Assembly (NCBI GenBank): GCA_963813025.1
Contig: CAWEXO010000005.1
Location: 224,001-288,000 of the forward strand
Reading direction: 5' to 3'
DNA from: an uncultured Verrucomicrobiae bacterium
Lineage (GTDB): Bacteria; Verrucomicrobiota; Verrucomicrobiia; Chthoniobacterales; JAFAMB01
Length of the DNA stretch: 64,000 nt
Shown: positions 1 to 10,774 of the stretch, piece after piece
Layout of the letters: the number at the start of each line of letters is the position of its first letter
How positions within the stretch are numbered: position 1 is the stretch's first letter
Translations under genes and position numbers: made by a program
Notes under the pieces: generated by a model
Told to the model about the DNA's origin: nothing
Databases searched by the model: none
The model's input: only the letters and a program-made list of their open reading frames with translations

Positions 1-1040
1 ATACGCTGCCAGTGGGCAAGCACCTGGTTCAGCCTGTCTCTGTCGATCTCGACCCATTTGCCCTTCAGCAAAACGAGTCCTTCTCTCGCGCTCATCAACT
101 GGCGCCATTCGGCAGCCGTCAATTGTTCTCCATCAAGGGCTATCTCGACGGAGAAATCCATCAGACTTTGCAGGCTGAGCAGATCCGTCGCTTTCTCTCC
201 GATTCGGACATTGACTTGCGGGCGTGCGGGGCGTCCGCTTTTCCACCAGTCGGGTACTCGGACCAGCAGCCCGCTTTCTTCGAAAGCCGGGATATGGCGC
301 AGGAAACGGTGAGCATCTCCTGGCGTCCAGGCCAACGGCTGAAAAAGCCGGCGGGTTTCCACCAGTTCCCGCGCCAAGTCGCTCTTTTCTGCCGCGCGCT
401 GGACTGGCGAAAGCAGAGCCGTAAGAGCAGCCTTGTTCTTCGTTCCGCCATACTCCTGCAAGGCTCGGGCCAACGGCAGATGCTGCGGTTTCCCACGGTC
501 AGAAAGCCGATGCGTGTAGGTCGCCAGAAAGGCAAATGGACGATTTGGATCGCGTTTATTTTCTGCCAGATGAAACGTCACCCGACCGACGGTATGCCAA
601 AGAGGATTTCGTGATTTCAGCCAGGCGGATAGCCCAGTCAGGCTGCTTTCCTGGATCACAAGATCACCGAACTCCTGCCAAAGTTTCTCCAGTAGACTCA
701 GGGTGAGAAATTCGCCACCTCGCATCGGTGGCGCCTGTTGCACGAAATCAGAGAGTTCACTCCGAGTGGGCGCCAACAATGGCGCCGGCCCGGTGTCGCT
801 CTCGCTGATCTGGCAAAGCCGTTGCAGGTAGCCTCGGGAGAAATCGCGCCAATAAGCCGGTGAGGGTGGCAGAGGAACAGTTAACACTTCAGTCGCTAGC
901 AGCAGAAGCCCTGCTGCCGCCGATTTTTCCAAAGCCGCACTGAGCTCTGCACCCAATTTCTCATCGACCTCCGGCACAATTTCGGGTACTCGCTCGACAA
1001 ACAGCCGGCCACCCGGAGAAATAGCAATTCCCAGCGACAT
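1..1040 (-). CDS. SNF2-family DEAD/DEAH-box helicase, N-terminal part (runs off the left window edge)
   Basis: Manual translation from ATG at 1040 is open to base 1: MSLGIAISPGGRLF...VGRVTFHLAENKRDPNRPFAFLATY...VRVPDWW...GLVLLKGKWVEID. These motifs are typical of bacterial SNF2 N-terminal regions. It is missing from the ORF track because it has no stop in the window. Confidence 0.85.
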   Translation of the reverse strand, partial: MSLGIAISPGGRLFVERVPEIVPEVDEKLGAELSAALEKSAAAGLLLLATEVLTVPLPPSPAYWRDFSRGYLQRLCQISESDTGPAPLLAPTRSELSDFVQQAPPMRGGEFLTLSLLEKLWQEFGDLVIQESSLTGLSAWLKSRNPLWHTVGRVTFHLAENKRDPNRPFAFLATYTHRLSDRGKPQHLPLARALQEYGGTKNKAALTALLSPVQRAAEKSDLARELVETRRLFQPLAWTPGDAHRFLRHIPAFEESGLLVRVPDWWKSGRPARPQVNVRIGEKATDLLSLQSLMDFSVEIALDGEQLTAAEWRQLMSAREGLVLLKGKWVEIDRDRLNQVLAHWQR

Positions 1041-1759
1041 AAGATAACGGTTCTGAGCATGCGGCCTGCGATAAGAGCGTCAAGACCGATTGGCAATTGG
1101 GAATGGAAAAGAAGGGCGGGTCAAAATCAGACTGTTCTCCCAGCTCCCCGTGCAACAGGCCGCAATTGCTGGCAGAATGGTCGCCCGGGCCCGCGACATT
1201 TTTCTGGATCTTGGCCGGTGTGAAATTCTTTTGAACAGAAGGAAGTAAAGTTAGGAAAGTTTCGGAGCCTTAGGTAGTAGCTTTGGGGTCGGCTCCTCGA
1301 AAGACGCTTTCCCAATCTGGCCGCGGCCCTTTTGCCGAGAAAGGCGAACTCTCCTTTGCTTCCTTTGTTTCCTTTTTGTTTATGTATGAGAAAACCACCT
1401 CCGAATACCTTTGGCAAAAAATCCCACCTCAAAAACTCATCCGGGTCGCGCCAGTTGGGTTCCTTTGCGCGTTGCGGATCGAAAAACGGATCATCGCGGG
1501 GGTATCGGCGCCGCAAAGACCCACGGCGCAGGAATGAATTGCAGCGTGCTTAGTGTCTCGCCCGAAGCGAGTTCGTTTAGCGCCGCATCCACCGCCGCTC
1601 TCATTCGGTTCGGTTCCGTCAAATGAGAAGACAATAAATGTCCAAGATTCGAAAGTGCTTGGAAACTTTACTAAATAGATCGGCACTCCTAGAACAAACC
1701 TGCTATTGCTTCCCGCTTTCTCCGGGCGGGATGAGTGTGCGGCAGACGAGCGCCATTGC

Positions 1760-1944
1760 CGCAGCTCCTCGAAGCGATGAACGCCGGTGCCATTGACCTT
1801 GGACACACCGGTGAAGCGCCTCCGATCTTTGCGCAGGCTGCGAATAATCCATTTGTCTATGTCGGCAATCAACGCCCCGATCCGTCGGGCGAGGCCATTC
1901 TCGTCGCCGAGAATTCTCCGATCAAGACCGTGGCCGAGCGCTGA
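1760..1944 (+). pseudogene. Internal fragment of an aliphatic sulfonate ABC substrate-binding protein (SsuA-like)
   Basis: PQLLEAMNAGAIDLGHTGEAPPIFAQAA...EAILVAENSPIKTVAE; both termini are missing. Confidence 0.75.
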
Positions 1945-2064
1945 CGCCTTTTTCAGCCTGAATTTAGTTCCGAAGAAGCTGAATGTCATTGAAGCGACCC
2001 AGCCGGCGAGATGACAACAAGAGTCACAACGGGCGATCACTTGCTCGCTCTTGAACTAGTACTA

Positions 2065-3188
2065 GTGCCTAATTGCGTAAGTTAGTTATATGTATGGCGA
2101 CTTTCCCCTGATGTACCTGGGATTTGGTCCATTCGAAGGGAGCCGCATTGTTATTGTAGTTCTTGATGAAGGTGTCGATGGCGTTGCGCAGCTCTGCCAC
2201 GCTGGTGAAGTTTGCCCCCTGGAGGGCTTGGCGGCTCAAGATACTAAACCAGATCTCAATCTGGTTGAGCCAAGAAGCGTGGGTTGGAGTGAAATGAAAA
2301 TGCACATTGGGGTGAGCCTTCAACCAGCGATCTTGCTTTGGCTTATGGGTCGCAAGGTTGTCTAAGACCACATGAATTTCTTTGTCGAGATTTCCGGCAA
2401 CTACCTGGTTCATAAACTCCAGGAATTCCCGTCGGCGCTGGCGCCGGTAATGACCAGCCTGCACTTGGCCGCTGGCAATGTTGAGGGCGGCAAAGAGAGT
2501 GGAGGTGCCATGGCGCTTGTACTCGTGGCTAAAACCCGTCAGCGCCCTGCCATTGGGCAAGCGAATCCAACCTTGGGCTCTTTCCAGGGCTTGAATGGCT
2601 GGTTTTTCATCAATGGCCAAGATGAGCGCATTCTGGGGCGGATTGAGATAAAGACCGACAATGTCAGCGGCCTTGCGCACAAACTCCGGATCGGTGGAAA
2701 TGCACCAGCTGCGGCGCCGTTCCAATTCAATGCCTTGTTGGCGCAAAATGCGCCAGACTTGATCGGAGGAAACATCGGCCAGACTCTGCGCCAGCAGTCG
2801 CCCATTCCAGCGCCCGTAGCCCGCCGGTGGATCTTCATCCAGCAGCGCCAAGACCCGCTTGACCGTCATTTGATCATACTTGGCCGGCTTTCCACTGCGT
2901 GGCGCGTCTTCCAAGCCAGCCAGGCCTTGGCGCACAAAGCGCCGCCGCCATTTACTCACCGTCACCTCGGGAATGCGCAGGCTCTTGGCAATCGCACGTC
3001 CACTCAAGCCCGCTGCCGCCTTCAAGATAATCTGACTCCTGACCTTGAGCCGGTGTTCGACCCGTTGCGCTCGACTCCAACCCTCCAAGAGCTTGCGGTT
3101 TTCCACAGAAAGTTTGATGCGACCCGTTGCCATCCATCCAACAAATCATAATTTTTCATAAATATAAAGAACTAAAGCAACTAAGTAC
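2065..3188 (-). mobile_element. IS630-family insertion sequence, copy 1
   Basis: Imperfect terminal IRs (GTGCCTAATTGC / GCAACTAAGTAC) with TA duplicated within CTAG on both sides. An identical copy lies at 20621-21744. Confidence 0.95.
2069..3133 (-). CDS. IS630-family transposase
   Basis: N-terminal HTH plus DDE motifs IDEK, YKRHGT, VVLDNLATHK and SWLNQIEIWF. Confidence 0.95.
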   Translation of the reverse strand: MATGRIKLSVENRKLLEGWSRAQRVEHRLKVRSQIILKAAAGLSGRAIAKSLRIPEVTVSKWRRRFVRQGLAGLEDAPRSGKPAKYDQMTVKRVLALLDEDPPAGYGRWNGRLLAQSLADVSSDQVWRILRQQGIELERRRSWCISTDPEFVRKAADIVGLYLNPPQNALILAIDEKPAIQALERAQGWIRLPNGRALTGFSHEYKRHGTSTLFAALNIASGQVQAGHYRRQRRREFLEFMNQVVAGNLDKEIHVVLDNLATHKPKQDRWLKAHPNVHFHFTPTHASWLNQIEIWFSILSRQALQGANFTSVAELRNAIDTFIKNYNNNAAPFEWTKSQVHQGKVAIHITNLRN

Positions 3189-3290
3189 TAGCATAGTAGA
3201 CAAATTCCGCTTTGGCGGGAAATTTTCATCGCTACCTGCGACGGACTCGAATGGTTCTCTGGCCAACTTAACGTTCCGACCAAAATCGCT

Positions 3291-4763
3291 GTGGCAAAGA
3301 ATCAGGCTTTTCTCCCGCGAGCTGATCGCTATGTCGATGTGGCGATCATCGGCGCGGGCTTTAGCGGGTCGATGGTCGCAGTACATCTTGCGCATACTCT
3401 GCGTTGTGCCCGCGACATCGCTCTGATTGAAAAACAGCGCCGAACCGGACCCGGAATTGCGTACGGCACGGACAATCCGCTCCACCTGCTGAACGTGCCG
3501 GCGGGCAAGATGAGTGCTTATCCGGATAAGCCTTCCCACTTCCTGGAGTGGCTGAGAGAACACCCCGAGCTGGTCCGCCAATACCGGCTGGATCCACTCA
3601 CCGAGCAAACTTTTGTTCCACGGAGTCTTTTTGGGCTTTACCTTGCGCTCCTGGTTCGACGCGGTGCAATTCGGAGCGGACACGTTCATCGTTTTGAACG
3701 GGAAGCCGTTGATCTCATAAAGGCCTCCGACGGATCGTTCCACGTCCTGCTGGCGGATCACACGACCATCTTCGCACGAAAAGTGGTCCTGGCTCTTGGC
3801 AATTTCCCGCCGGGCGATCCGGTTGTTGCCGACCAGCGATTTCATCGATCGAACAATTACCTCACGGACCCGTGGAGTTCCGCGACGCTCGAGAAGCTCT
3901 CTCAATCTGGCGACATTCTTATCCTTGGGTCTGGCTTAACCGCGCTCGACCTCATCCTGAGTCTGAACGAAATGAAACAGAACGGGACGATTTACGTCCT
4001 GTCGCGGCACGGACACTTCCCGCATCGCCATGCCCAGACTGAGTCATACCCATTCGAGCAGGCGGACCTCCAAGAGATGCGTACCGTCCGGGGCCTGCTT
4101 CGTGCCGTCAGAAACGAAGTTTCGCTTGCGGGACGAGCGAAAATCGGTTGGCGTTCCGTAATTGATGCGCTGCGACCGCACACTCAGGCGATCTGGCAGC
4201 GACTAGATTTGGCCGAAAGACGTCGTTTCTTCAGACATTTGCGGCCGTACTGGGAAATTCATCGCCACCGAGCCGCTCCACAAGCCCTCGATGTAAAGGA
4301 TGCAATGGAGAAGGCCGGCCGACTGCGCTGTTATCAAGGAAGAGTTGAGCGCATTGTGGAACGTGAGAATACCCTGTTTGTCAAGTTTTGGAATCGTTCG
4401 CGCATCGGAAGCGAAATTGCGGTCAGCCTCGTAATCAATTGCACTGGGCCGGAATGTAATTATCACAAGCTGAAAGATCCGCTTGTTCTCCAACTCTTTT
4501 TGCATGGCCTTGCCCGACCCGATCCACTGTTTCTTGGGTTTGACGTCGACGACCAAGGACACCTGATCGACGTTACTAGCCGCGCCGTTCCGAACCTTTA
4601 CACGTTAGGAAGCACGCAAAAAGGTCGACTCCTTGAGACGACCGCAGTGCCCGAGCTTGGACGGCAAGCAGTCGAACTGGCCACGCTCCTGGCCGACGAG
4701 CTCCAAAAAGCTACGCGTCTAGCCCTCGAAGAGCTTCCAGTGGGTCATTCCTTCGAGATCTAG
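3291..4763 (+). CDS. FAD/NAD(P)-binding oxidoreductase (YdhS-like)
   Basis: GAGFSG Rossmann motif, GPGIAY...HLLNVPAGKMSA, second motif GSGLTALD, WEIHRHR, VINCTGP, ETTAVPEL. Confidence 0.85.
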   Translation: MAKNQAFLPRADRYVDVAIIGAGFSGSMVAVHLAHTLRCARDIALIEKQRRTGPGIAYGTDNPLHLLNVPAGKMSAYPDKPSHFLEWLREHPELVRQYRLDPLTEQTFVPRSLFGLYLALLVRRGAIRSGHVHRFEREAVDLIKASDGSFHVLLADHTTIFARKVVLALGNFPPGDPVVADQRFHRSNNYLTDPWSSATLEKLSQSGDILILGSGLTALDLILSLNEMKQNGTIYVLSRHGHFPHRHAQTESYPFEQADLQEMRTVRGLLRAVRNEVSLAGRAKIGWRSVIDALRPHTQAIWQRLDLAERRRFFRHLRPYWEIHRHRAAPQALDVKDAMEKAGRLRCYQGRVERIVERENTLFVKFWNRSRIGSEIAVSLVINCTGPECNYHKLKDPLVLQLFLHGLARPDPLFLGFDVDDQGHLIDVTSRAVPNLYTLGSTQKGRLLETTAVPELGRQAVELATLLADELQKATRLALEELPVGHSFEI

Positions 4764-4848
4764 TAAAAGACTGAAGAGGAACCGACAGACGCTTTGGCTC
4801 GCTGTGGAACTGGGATGTCTACCTTCTCGTTTTCTTAGCACAAGGCGT

Positions 4849-6450
4849 CTATTTCAGCGCATGCACGGCGGCTCTTTCGATTGCAATTCCGTCTTTGTAA
4901 CGTTCCATGAAGGCCGTAAAGCCATCAACCTCTCCCTGGTCAGGAGCTATCGTCGTCGTATTGTCCCCTGCAAAGACCTTGTTGGAAAGATAGGCCTCCA
5001 AGGATTCGCTGTCTTTCTTACGGAGCATATAGGAGGCCAGCAATGCGATCCCCCATGCGCCGCCCTCGCCAGCGGTCTCCATCACGGACACGGGAACATT
5101 CATTGCTGCCGCCATGATCTTCTGGCCCACTTCCTCCGTTTTGAAGAAGCCGCCGTGACCGAGGATCTTGTCGATCTTCACTTGCTCCTCTTCAAAGAGG
5201 ATATCCATTCCGATCTTCAATGTACCGAGTGCCGAGAACAGATGCACACGCATGAAGTTCGAAAGTGAGAAGCGGCTTTCAGGCGTACGGACGAACAGTG
5301 GACGGCCCTCTTCAAGGTGTGTGATGGGCTCACCCGAAAAATAATTGTAGGCAAGAAGCCCGCCACCATCCGCATCACCCGTGAGTGCCTTCTTGTACAA
5401 CATTTCAAACAGCTTCGATTGACTGATCTCCACACCGAGCACATCCACGAATTCTCGGAAGAGACCGATCCATGCATTGAGATCGGACGTGCAGTTGTTA
5501 CTATGTGCCATAGCCACCGGCTTGCCGCTGGGCGTCGCCACCATATCGATCTCTGGGTGTACTTTCGAGAGTTCCTTTTCCAGAACGATCATGGCGAAGA
5601 CGGAAGTTCCTGCAGAAACGTTGCCCGTTCGCTCGGCAACGCTGTTAGTGGCCACCATGCCTGTGCCTGCGTCGCCCTCGGGCGGACAGAGTGGAATACC
5701 CTTCCGTAGTTGGGCCGTGGGATGGAGCAGCCGAGCGCCTTGTTCGGTAAGCCTCCCTGCAGCATCTCCTGCTACAAGGACTTTCGGAAGAATGTCCGGG
5801 AGCTTCCAGGCGATGTTTTCCACTTCGAGCCGTTTATTGAACAGCTCGATCTTGCTCGCATCGTAATCGTTGGTCTTGCTGTCGACGGGGAACATGCCCG
5901 ATGCGTCGCCGACGCCTAACACCTTCTGCCCCGTCAGTTTCCAATGGACATAGCCCGCCAGAGTGGTCTGATAGCTGATATCCTTGATATGGGGTTCCTT
6001 GTTCAATATTGCCTGATAGAGGTGGGCAATGCTCCAACGATGGGGAACGTTGAATTGGAACAGTTCAGTGAGGGCGGTCGCAGCCTGAGCGGTCGTGGTG
6101 TTTCGCCAGGTACGAAACGGGACGAGTAGATTTCCGCCCTTATCGAACGCCATATAACCGTGCATCATAGCGCTGAAGCCGATGGCACCAATGGTTTGCA
6201 GCGGGGTGTTGTAATTCTCGAAAACCTCCTTGCTAAGCTTTCGATAACTCTCCTGCAAGCCTGTCCAGACATCTTCAAGAGGGTACGTCCAGACGCCATT
6301 TGCGTATCGGTTTTCCCAATCATAGCTTCCCGACGCGATCGATGTGTGATCCTCATCGATCAGCACCGCTTTGATGCGAGTCGAGCCGAACTCAATGCCA
6401 AGAACGGTCTTTCCGCGATCAATTGCTTCTCGGGTATCGTTTCGATTCAT
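4849..6450 (-). CDS. FGGY-family pentulose kinase (xylulokinase/ribulokinase-like)
   Basis: [57 protein letters not shown]. Confidence 0.9.
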   Translation of the reverse strand: MNRNDTREAIDRGKTVLGIEFGSTRIKAVLIDEDHTSIASGSYDWENRYANGVWTYPLEDVWTGLQESYRKLSKEVFENYNTPLQTIGAIGFSAMMHGYMAFDKGGNLLVPFRTWRNTTTAQAATALTELFQFNVPHRWSIAHLYQAILNKEPHIKDISYQTTLAGYVHWKLTGQKVLGVGDASGMFPVDSKTNDYDASKIELFNKRLEVENIAWKLPDILPKVLVAGDAAGRLTEQGARLLHPTAQLRKGIPLCPPEGDAGTGMVATNSVAERTGNVSAGTSVFAMIVLEKELSKVHPEIDMVATPSGKPVAMAHSNNCTSDLNAWIGLFREFVDVLGVEISQSKLFEMLYKKALTGDADGGGLLAYNYFSGEPITHLEEGRPLFVRTPESRFSLSNFMRVHLFSALGTLKIGMDILFEEEQVKIDKILGHGGFFKTEEVGQKIMAAAMNVPVSVMETAGEGGAWGIALLASYMLRKKDSESLEAYLSNKVFAGDNTTTIAPDQGEVDGFTAFMERYKDGIAIERAAVHALK

Positions 6451-6627
6451 GTTTATCTGTCTTGAATTGAAGTCATTTCTTCAAACGGATTTTTCAGAGA
6501 AGAGACAGTGTTCATTCCACGCCATCCCTATCCGCACATTACTGATAGGAAATTGCGACGAGCACCCTCGGAGCCACTGGCGTCAACCTAACAAATACGC
6601 TCGCATCGTTTTGCTGTCGCACACGTT

Positions 6628-6909
6628 CTTTCAGTCAATGTCCGAACTGATCGGCGGCCTCGGTCCGCGCGGGAAGATGATTGTCGCCGGGGCTGGTAGC
6701 AGTCCAATCGAAGTCTCGCCTTGCACCTTTTGTTCGCTTCTCGCGGGATCGAAGGAACATTAACCGGCTCCGCCAGCGATAACGAGGACACGCTCGTTTT
6801 CAGCGTTCTCCAGAAGATCAAAGCGATGATCGAAACTGTGCCGTTGGAGAAAGCGGCTGAGGGTTATCATCGCATGACACGAAACGAAGCGCGGTTTCGC
6901 GTGGTATAA
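6628..6909 (+). pseudogene. C-terminal fragment of a zinc alcohol dehydrogenase
   Basis: LIGGLGPRGKMIVAG...LTGSASDNEDTLVFS...IETVPLEKAAEGYHRM..ARFRVV; frameshifted and lacking the N-terminus. Confidence 0.7.
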
Positions 6910-7062
6910 TCGTCATCCGGCAGGCTTGAAGAACGCTTTCCAAAAACCGACATCGGCCTTGGCGTACCCTTTGCCATTTCTTTGCCACTTTTTCTGTTCT
7001 GAAGTGATCCGCAACGCGTTTCGCCCCTTGGTCGCATCATAAGGTGTCGCCAAAAAACCGCC

Positions 7063-7459
7063 CAACTACATTCAGCACAGCGCGCACATTAAGCCGGGCC
7101 GCGACGGTCTCTTCAACTTGATCAAGAGCATCCCGCCCACCCTCAGGTATGAGCCGGGAGTAATCGTAGCAGAGGGAGACTTCGTCATCATCCACGGCCG
7201 CTTCTCGGGCTTCGGGCTGCCGGTCAACTGGATTGCGGCGGATATTGTCCGCATGAAAGACGGAATCCTGCTTGAGCACTGGGATGTCATTCAGGACGAG
7301 GCTACCAAGGAACAGTCCAAGAGCGGAAACCCGATGTTTGGAGACTCGTTCCCCGACCGCGCAGAGCGGCAAAGTCTTCGCCTCAGCATCACACGTGAAC
7401 CGACAGGAGAGTCCGCTCCCGCCTCTCTCCTGCACCACGCCCGCTCCTTCGCCGCCTAG
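7063..7459 (+). pseudogene. SnoaL/NTF2-like protein, 5'-truncated
   Basis: YIQHSAHIKPGRDGLFNLIKSIPPTLRYEPG...IHGRFSG...EHWDVIQDE. Confidence 0.7.
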
Positions 7460-7726
7460 GATCAGAGTCGCCTTCGCGAGGGGGGAATTGGCTGAGAATC
7501 GTATGCTCGAGGCGTGACGCCGGCTGCAGTCATTCGCAGCAGGACTTTCCGGTCCCAGACCGTTGGTTTTGGAAGATCTACGAGCTTCAACCCTTCATAA
7601 CCGCTGAAGTGTTCAACTCTCATTGCACGCCTATCTCGGCATGCGGAAGCCGGAAATCGTTCGATAGCAGGATCCGAAATTTAGTAGAAGTTTGCCCATG
7701 CGGCGGATCGCGATTGAAAATAGGCC

Positions 7727-9517
7727 ATGAACACCAGCTCAAATGCGGTCAGAGGCGCTGAGACAGCGACCGAGCAGCTGCAGCTTGAACTGGAGCGGCT
7801 CCGGAGCGAACTCGACCGGTGTACCACTCGGTTGCAACTGACGGAAAAGCTGCTCGAGCATGTGGCCGATGCCGTTTTTGTCGCTGAACTCGATGGCCGG
7901 ATTATCGACGTAAATCCGGCTGCCTGCTCTCTGTTGGGCTATGAAAGGCAGGAGTTGCTCAAAATGCGCCCGTGGGATTTTGCCACAAGCGCCTCGTGGG
8001 AAGGAATTCTTGAATTGATAGGCACGATGGAGTTGGGATGTCCCGTCACGGTCCAACGCGCGTATCGATGCAAAAGCGGTGAACTGAAGATCGTCGACGT
8101 GAGGCTGTCTCGAGAAAATCACGCCGGCCGGGACTTGATCGTCGTATTCAGCCGGGATTTCACCGAACAGAAACGCCTTGAACTTCGGTCGCGTCAGAAC
8201 GGGAGAGATTTGACTGAAAGCCAGCGGTTCGCCAACTCTGGGAGCACGGCACTGGATCTCACGGAGGGGACAAGAATCGAAGAGGCATTGCGGCCGACCG
8301 AGGAGTACCTTCGACTCACAATTGATACAATTCCAATCCTCGCCTGGTGCAGCCGGCCTGATGGCTCGAGTGAATTCCTAAACCAGCGCTGGCTTGATTA
8401 CACAGGTCTTTCGATTGAGGCGGCGCGGGATTGGGGGTGGAAGATTGCCATTCACCCTGAAGATCTACCGCGCCTATTACATGTATGGCAGACGCTGTTG
8501 GCATCGGGGGAGCCAGGAGAATTGGAAGCTCGGCTGCAGCGTTTCGATGGGGTCTATCGTTGGTTCTTGTTCCGTGCCGAACCGCTTTTCGACGAGACGG
8601 GAAATATCGTCAAGTGGTATGGAACGAACACCGATATCGACGACCGCAAGTGGGCTGAAGCGGTCCTTGCCGCAGAGAAGAAGATTCTCGAATTGATCAC
8701 TGGGAACAATTCACTTGCTACAATCCTGGAGGCGCTGTGCCGGCTGGTTGAAGAAATGTTTAGCGGTTCTTTATGTACGATCCTGTTCTTGGATGCCGAT
8801 GGCGAGCGGCTGAGAAAAGGTGTAGCGCCGAGCTTCCCGCCGGATTTCATGACTGCGGTCGATGGAGTCAACATCGGTCCTCGTGTGGGCTCATGCGGAA
8901 CGGCCGCTTATAGGAAAGAAACAGTCATTGTCTCTGATATCAACACGGACCCTCTTTGGGCCGATTATCGTGAACTAGCCTTGGCCTATGGGCTGCAGGC
9001 AGGTTGGTCCACGCCAATACTATCCGCACAAGAGACGGTGTTAGGGACCTTCGCAATCTATTCCCGCGAGCCGCGCAGCCCAACACCGCAAGAGCGTAAG
9101 CTACTCGAGCAGTTTGCTCATGTTGCCAGTGTTGCCATTGAACACACGCGGGCTCAAGAAAGCTTGCGCCGAAGCGAAGCGAAATATCGAGATCTCATCG
9201 ACGTTTCGCCGGATGCGATCTATATCATCGATACTGACCTCACCTATGTCTTAGCAAATCCGGCAGGCGCGGAGTTAGCCGGGTGCACTCAGGAGGAACT
9301 GATTGGCACGCCGATTGGCGAGACCTTCGTGCCGGAAGAACGTCCCTTGTTGCCGGCGCGGATGGAGATGATGAAGACAGAGCCCTATCTGCGTTTTGAG
9401 AGGAAATTCGTCCGGAGAAACGGAGATATCGTTCCAGTGGAAGTTTCCCTGACCACGGTCCGCGGCCGGTATCTGCAGGCCGTCCTCCGAGACATCAGTG
9501 AGCAGTTCCAACTTTAG
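7727..9517 (+). CDS. Multi-PAS/GAF sensor protein (histidine kinase lacking its transmitter domains)
   Basis: Three PAS domains (IIDVNPAAC; FLNQRWLDYTG...IHPED...WYGTNTDIDD; LANPAG) and a GAF domain (GPRVGSCGTAAY...WSTPI). The ORF ends abruptly after the last PAS. Confidence 0.85.
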   Translation: MNTSSNAVRGAETATEQLQLELERLRSELDRCTTRLQLTEKLLEHVADAVFVAELDGRIIDVNPAACSLLGYERQELLKMRPWDFATSASWEGILELIGTMELGCPVTVQRAYRCKSGELKIVDVRLSRENHAGRDLIVVFSRDFTEQKRLELRSRQNGRDLTESQRFANSGSTALDLTEGTRIEEALRPTEEYLRLTIDTIPILAWCSRPDGSSEFLNQRWLDYTGLSIEAARDWGWKIAIHPEDLPRLLHVWQTLLASGEPGELEARLQRFDGVYRWFLFRAEPLFDETGNIVKWYGTNTDIDDRKWAEAVLAAEKKILELITGNNSLATILEALCRLVEEMFSGSLCTILFLDADGERLRKGVAPSFPPDFMTAVDGVNIGPRVGSCGTAAYRKETVIVSDINTDPLWADYRELALAYGLQAGWSTPILSAQETVLGTFAIYSREPRSPTPQERKLLEQFAHVASVAIEHTRAQESLRRSEAKYRDLIDVSPDAIYIIDTDLTYVLANPAGAELAGCTQEELIGTPIGETFVPEERPLLPARMEMMKTEPYLRFERKFVRRNGDIVPVEVSLTTVRGRYLQAVLRDISEQFQL

Positions 9518-9537
9518 TAGGCGGACAGGTCAGAGGA

Positions 9538-9880
9538 ATGATCACTGTCCGTCATGCCGAGCGCGCACCATATCGGACTGAAGAGATTGGAATAACCCAA
9601 GCGCTCGCCCATCAAGTGATGCTGGCCATCCGACTCACCGAAGCTTTAAGCAATACTCTGAAGTATGCCCGTGCCAGGAATTTTCGGACACGCTTAATTT
9701 CCAATCCGAAAGAACTTCGTCTGGAACTCCGTGACGACGGCGATGGATTCCAAGTCAAAGAGCGGCATGACGGTGTCGGTCTGACTGGTATGCGCTAACG
9801 AGCCGCAGAAATGGGCGGCGAATTGAAAACCGTGAGCTCCCGAGGCAAAGGAACCACGGTCACGGCAATATTGCCCTTGA
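9538..9880 (+). pseudogene. Remnant GAF end fused to the HATPase domain of the sensor kinase
   Basis: QALAHQVMLAIRLT is joined directly to EALSNTLKYA...DDGDGF...GVGLTGMR*, with a premature stop and no H-box. Confidence 0.7.
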
Positions 9881-9924
9881 ATCCAGAGCTGATGTTATGA
9901 ATCCAGAGCTGATGTTATGAATCC
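9878..9924 (+). repeat. 20-bp tandem duplication upstream of the response regulator
   Basis: TGAATCCAGAGCTGATGTTA occurs twice, followed by TGAATCC. Confidence 0.9.
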
Positions 9925-10630
9925 GAGCAGCAAACCGAGACCGAAACGGCGCCATGTCTCCACCGCGAGAACTGCCAGGCGAGACGCCTCGAGCACGCGT
10001 CCGCCAAAGGCCCGCATCCGCGTCCTCATCGCCGATGACCATGGCGTGGTGCGCGAAAGTTTGGTCTCAATGATCCAGCGCAACAAAGCGGACCTGACGG
10101 TGGTTGGCGAAGCGAGCAACGGTCGTCAAGCCGTCGAACTCTGGAAGGAGCATCGACCAGATGTGACGCTGCTCGATCTACGCATGCCCGAGCTCGATGG
10201 TGTCAACGCGATCAAAGAGATTCGTGCCAACGACGAGAATGCCCGGATCATCGTTCTCACAACATTCGATGGTGACGAAGACATTTATCGCGCTATACAA
10301 ACCGGCGCGAGAGGCTATCCGCTGAAAGATGTACCGCGCGAAGCATTGATGGATAGCATTCGCCGCGTGCACGCTGGCGGAACCTCCGTTCCCGGACATC
10401 TCGTAGCTAAGCTGGGGGATCGTGTCAGCGGCGAGACTTTGAGCAGGCGTGAGATCGAAGTCCTGAAGCTAATGGCGCAAGGAAAAAGTAACAAAGAGAT
10501 TGGTTCAGCTCTATTTATTAGCGAAGGCACCGTCAAGTCGCATGGGAAAACCATCTTCGCCAAGATGAACGTCGTTAGCCGCACTGAAGCCGTTGCAGAA
10601 GCGACCCGGCGGGGCCTGATAAGATTGTAA
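9917..10630 (+). CDS. NarL/FixJ-family response regulator (REC + LuxR HTH)
   Basis: LIADDH, LLDLRMP, VLTTF, LSRREIEVL..GKSNKEIG..ISEGTVKSH. Confidence 0.9.
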   Translation: MNPSSKPRPKRRHVSTARTARRDASSTRPPKARIRVLIADDHGVVRESLVSMIQRNKADLTVVGEASNGRQAVELWKEHRPDVTLLDLRMPELDGVNAIKEIRANDENARIIVLTTFDGDEDIYRAIQTGARGYPLKDVPREALMDSIRRVHAGGTSVPGHLVAKLGDRVSGETLSRREIEVLKLMAQGKSNKEIGSALFISEGTVKSHGKTIFAKMNVVSRTEAVAEATRRGLIRL

Positions 10631-10774
10631 TGAGTTAGCAGTTGGCAGTTGGCTACGGCCCGCCGATCTGTAGAGAGCTGCCTTCATTAGAGCGATCTGA
10701 TGGAGGCGCATAATTGGGTCAGAAGATCCTGGAAGAATAGAGCGTACGTAAATTTCCCTTTCCTGAGCTGACCC

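Noticed and set aside
2372..3151. 259-aa ORF (also at 20928-21707) and other long antisense ORFs such as 12-614, 3156-3905 and 13583-14299
   Set aside because: They are shadows of recognisable genes on the opposite strand.
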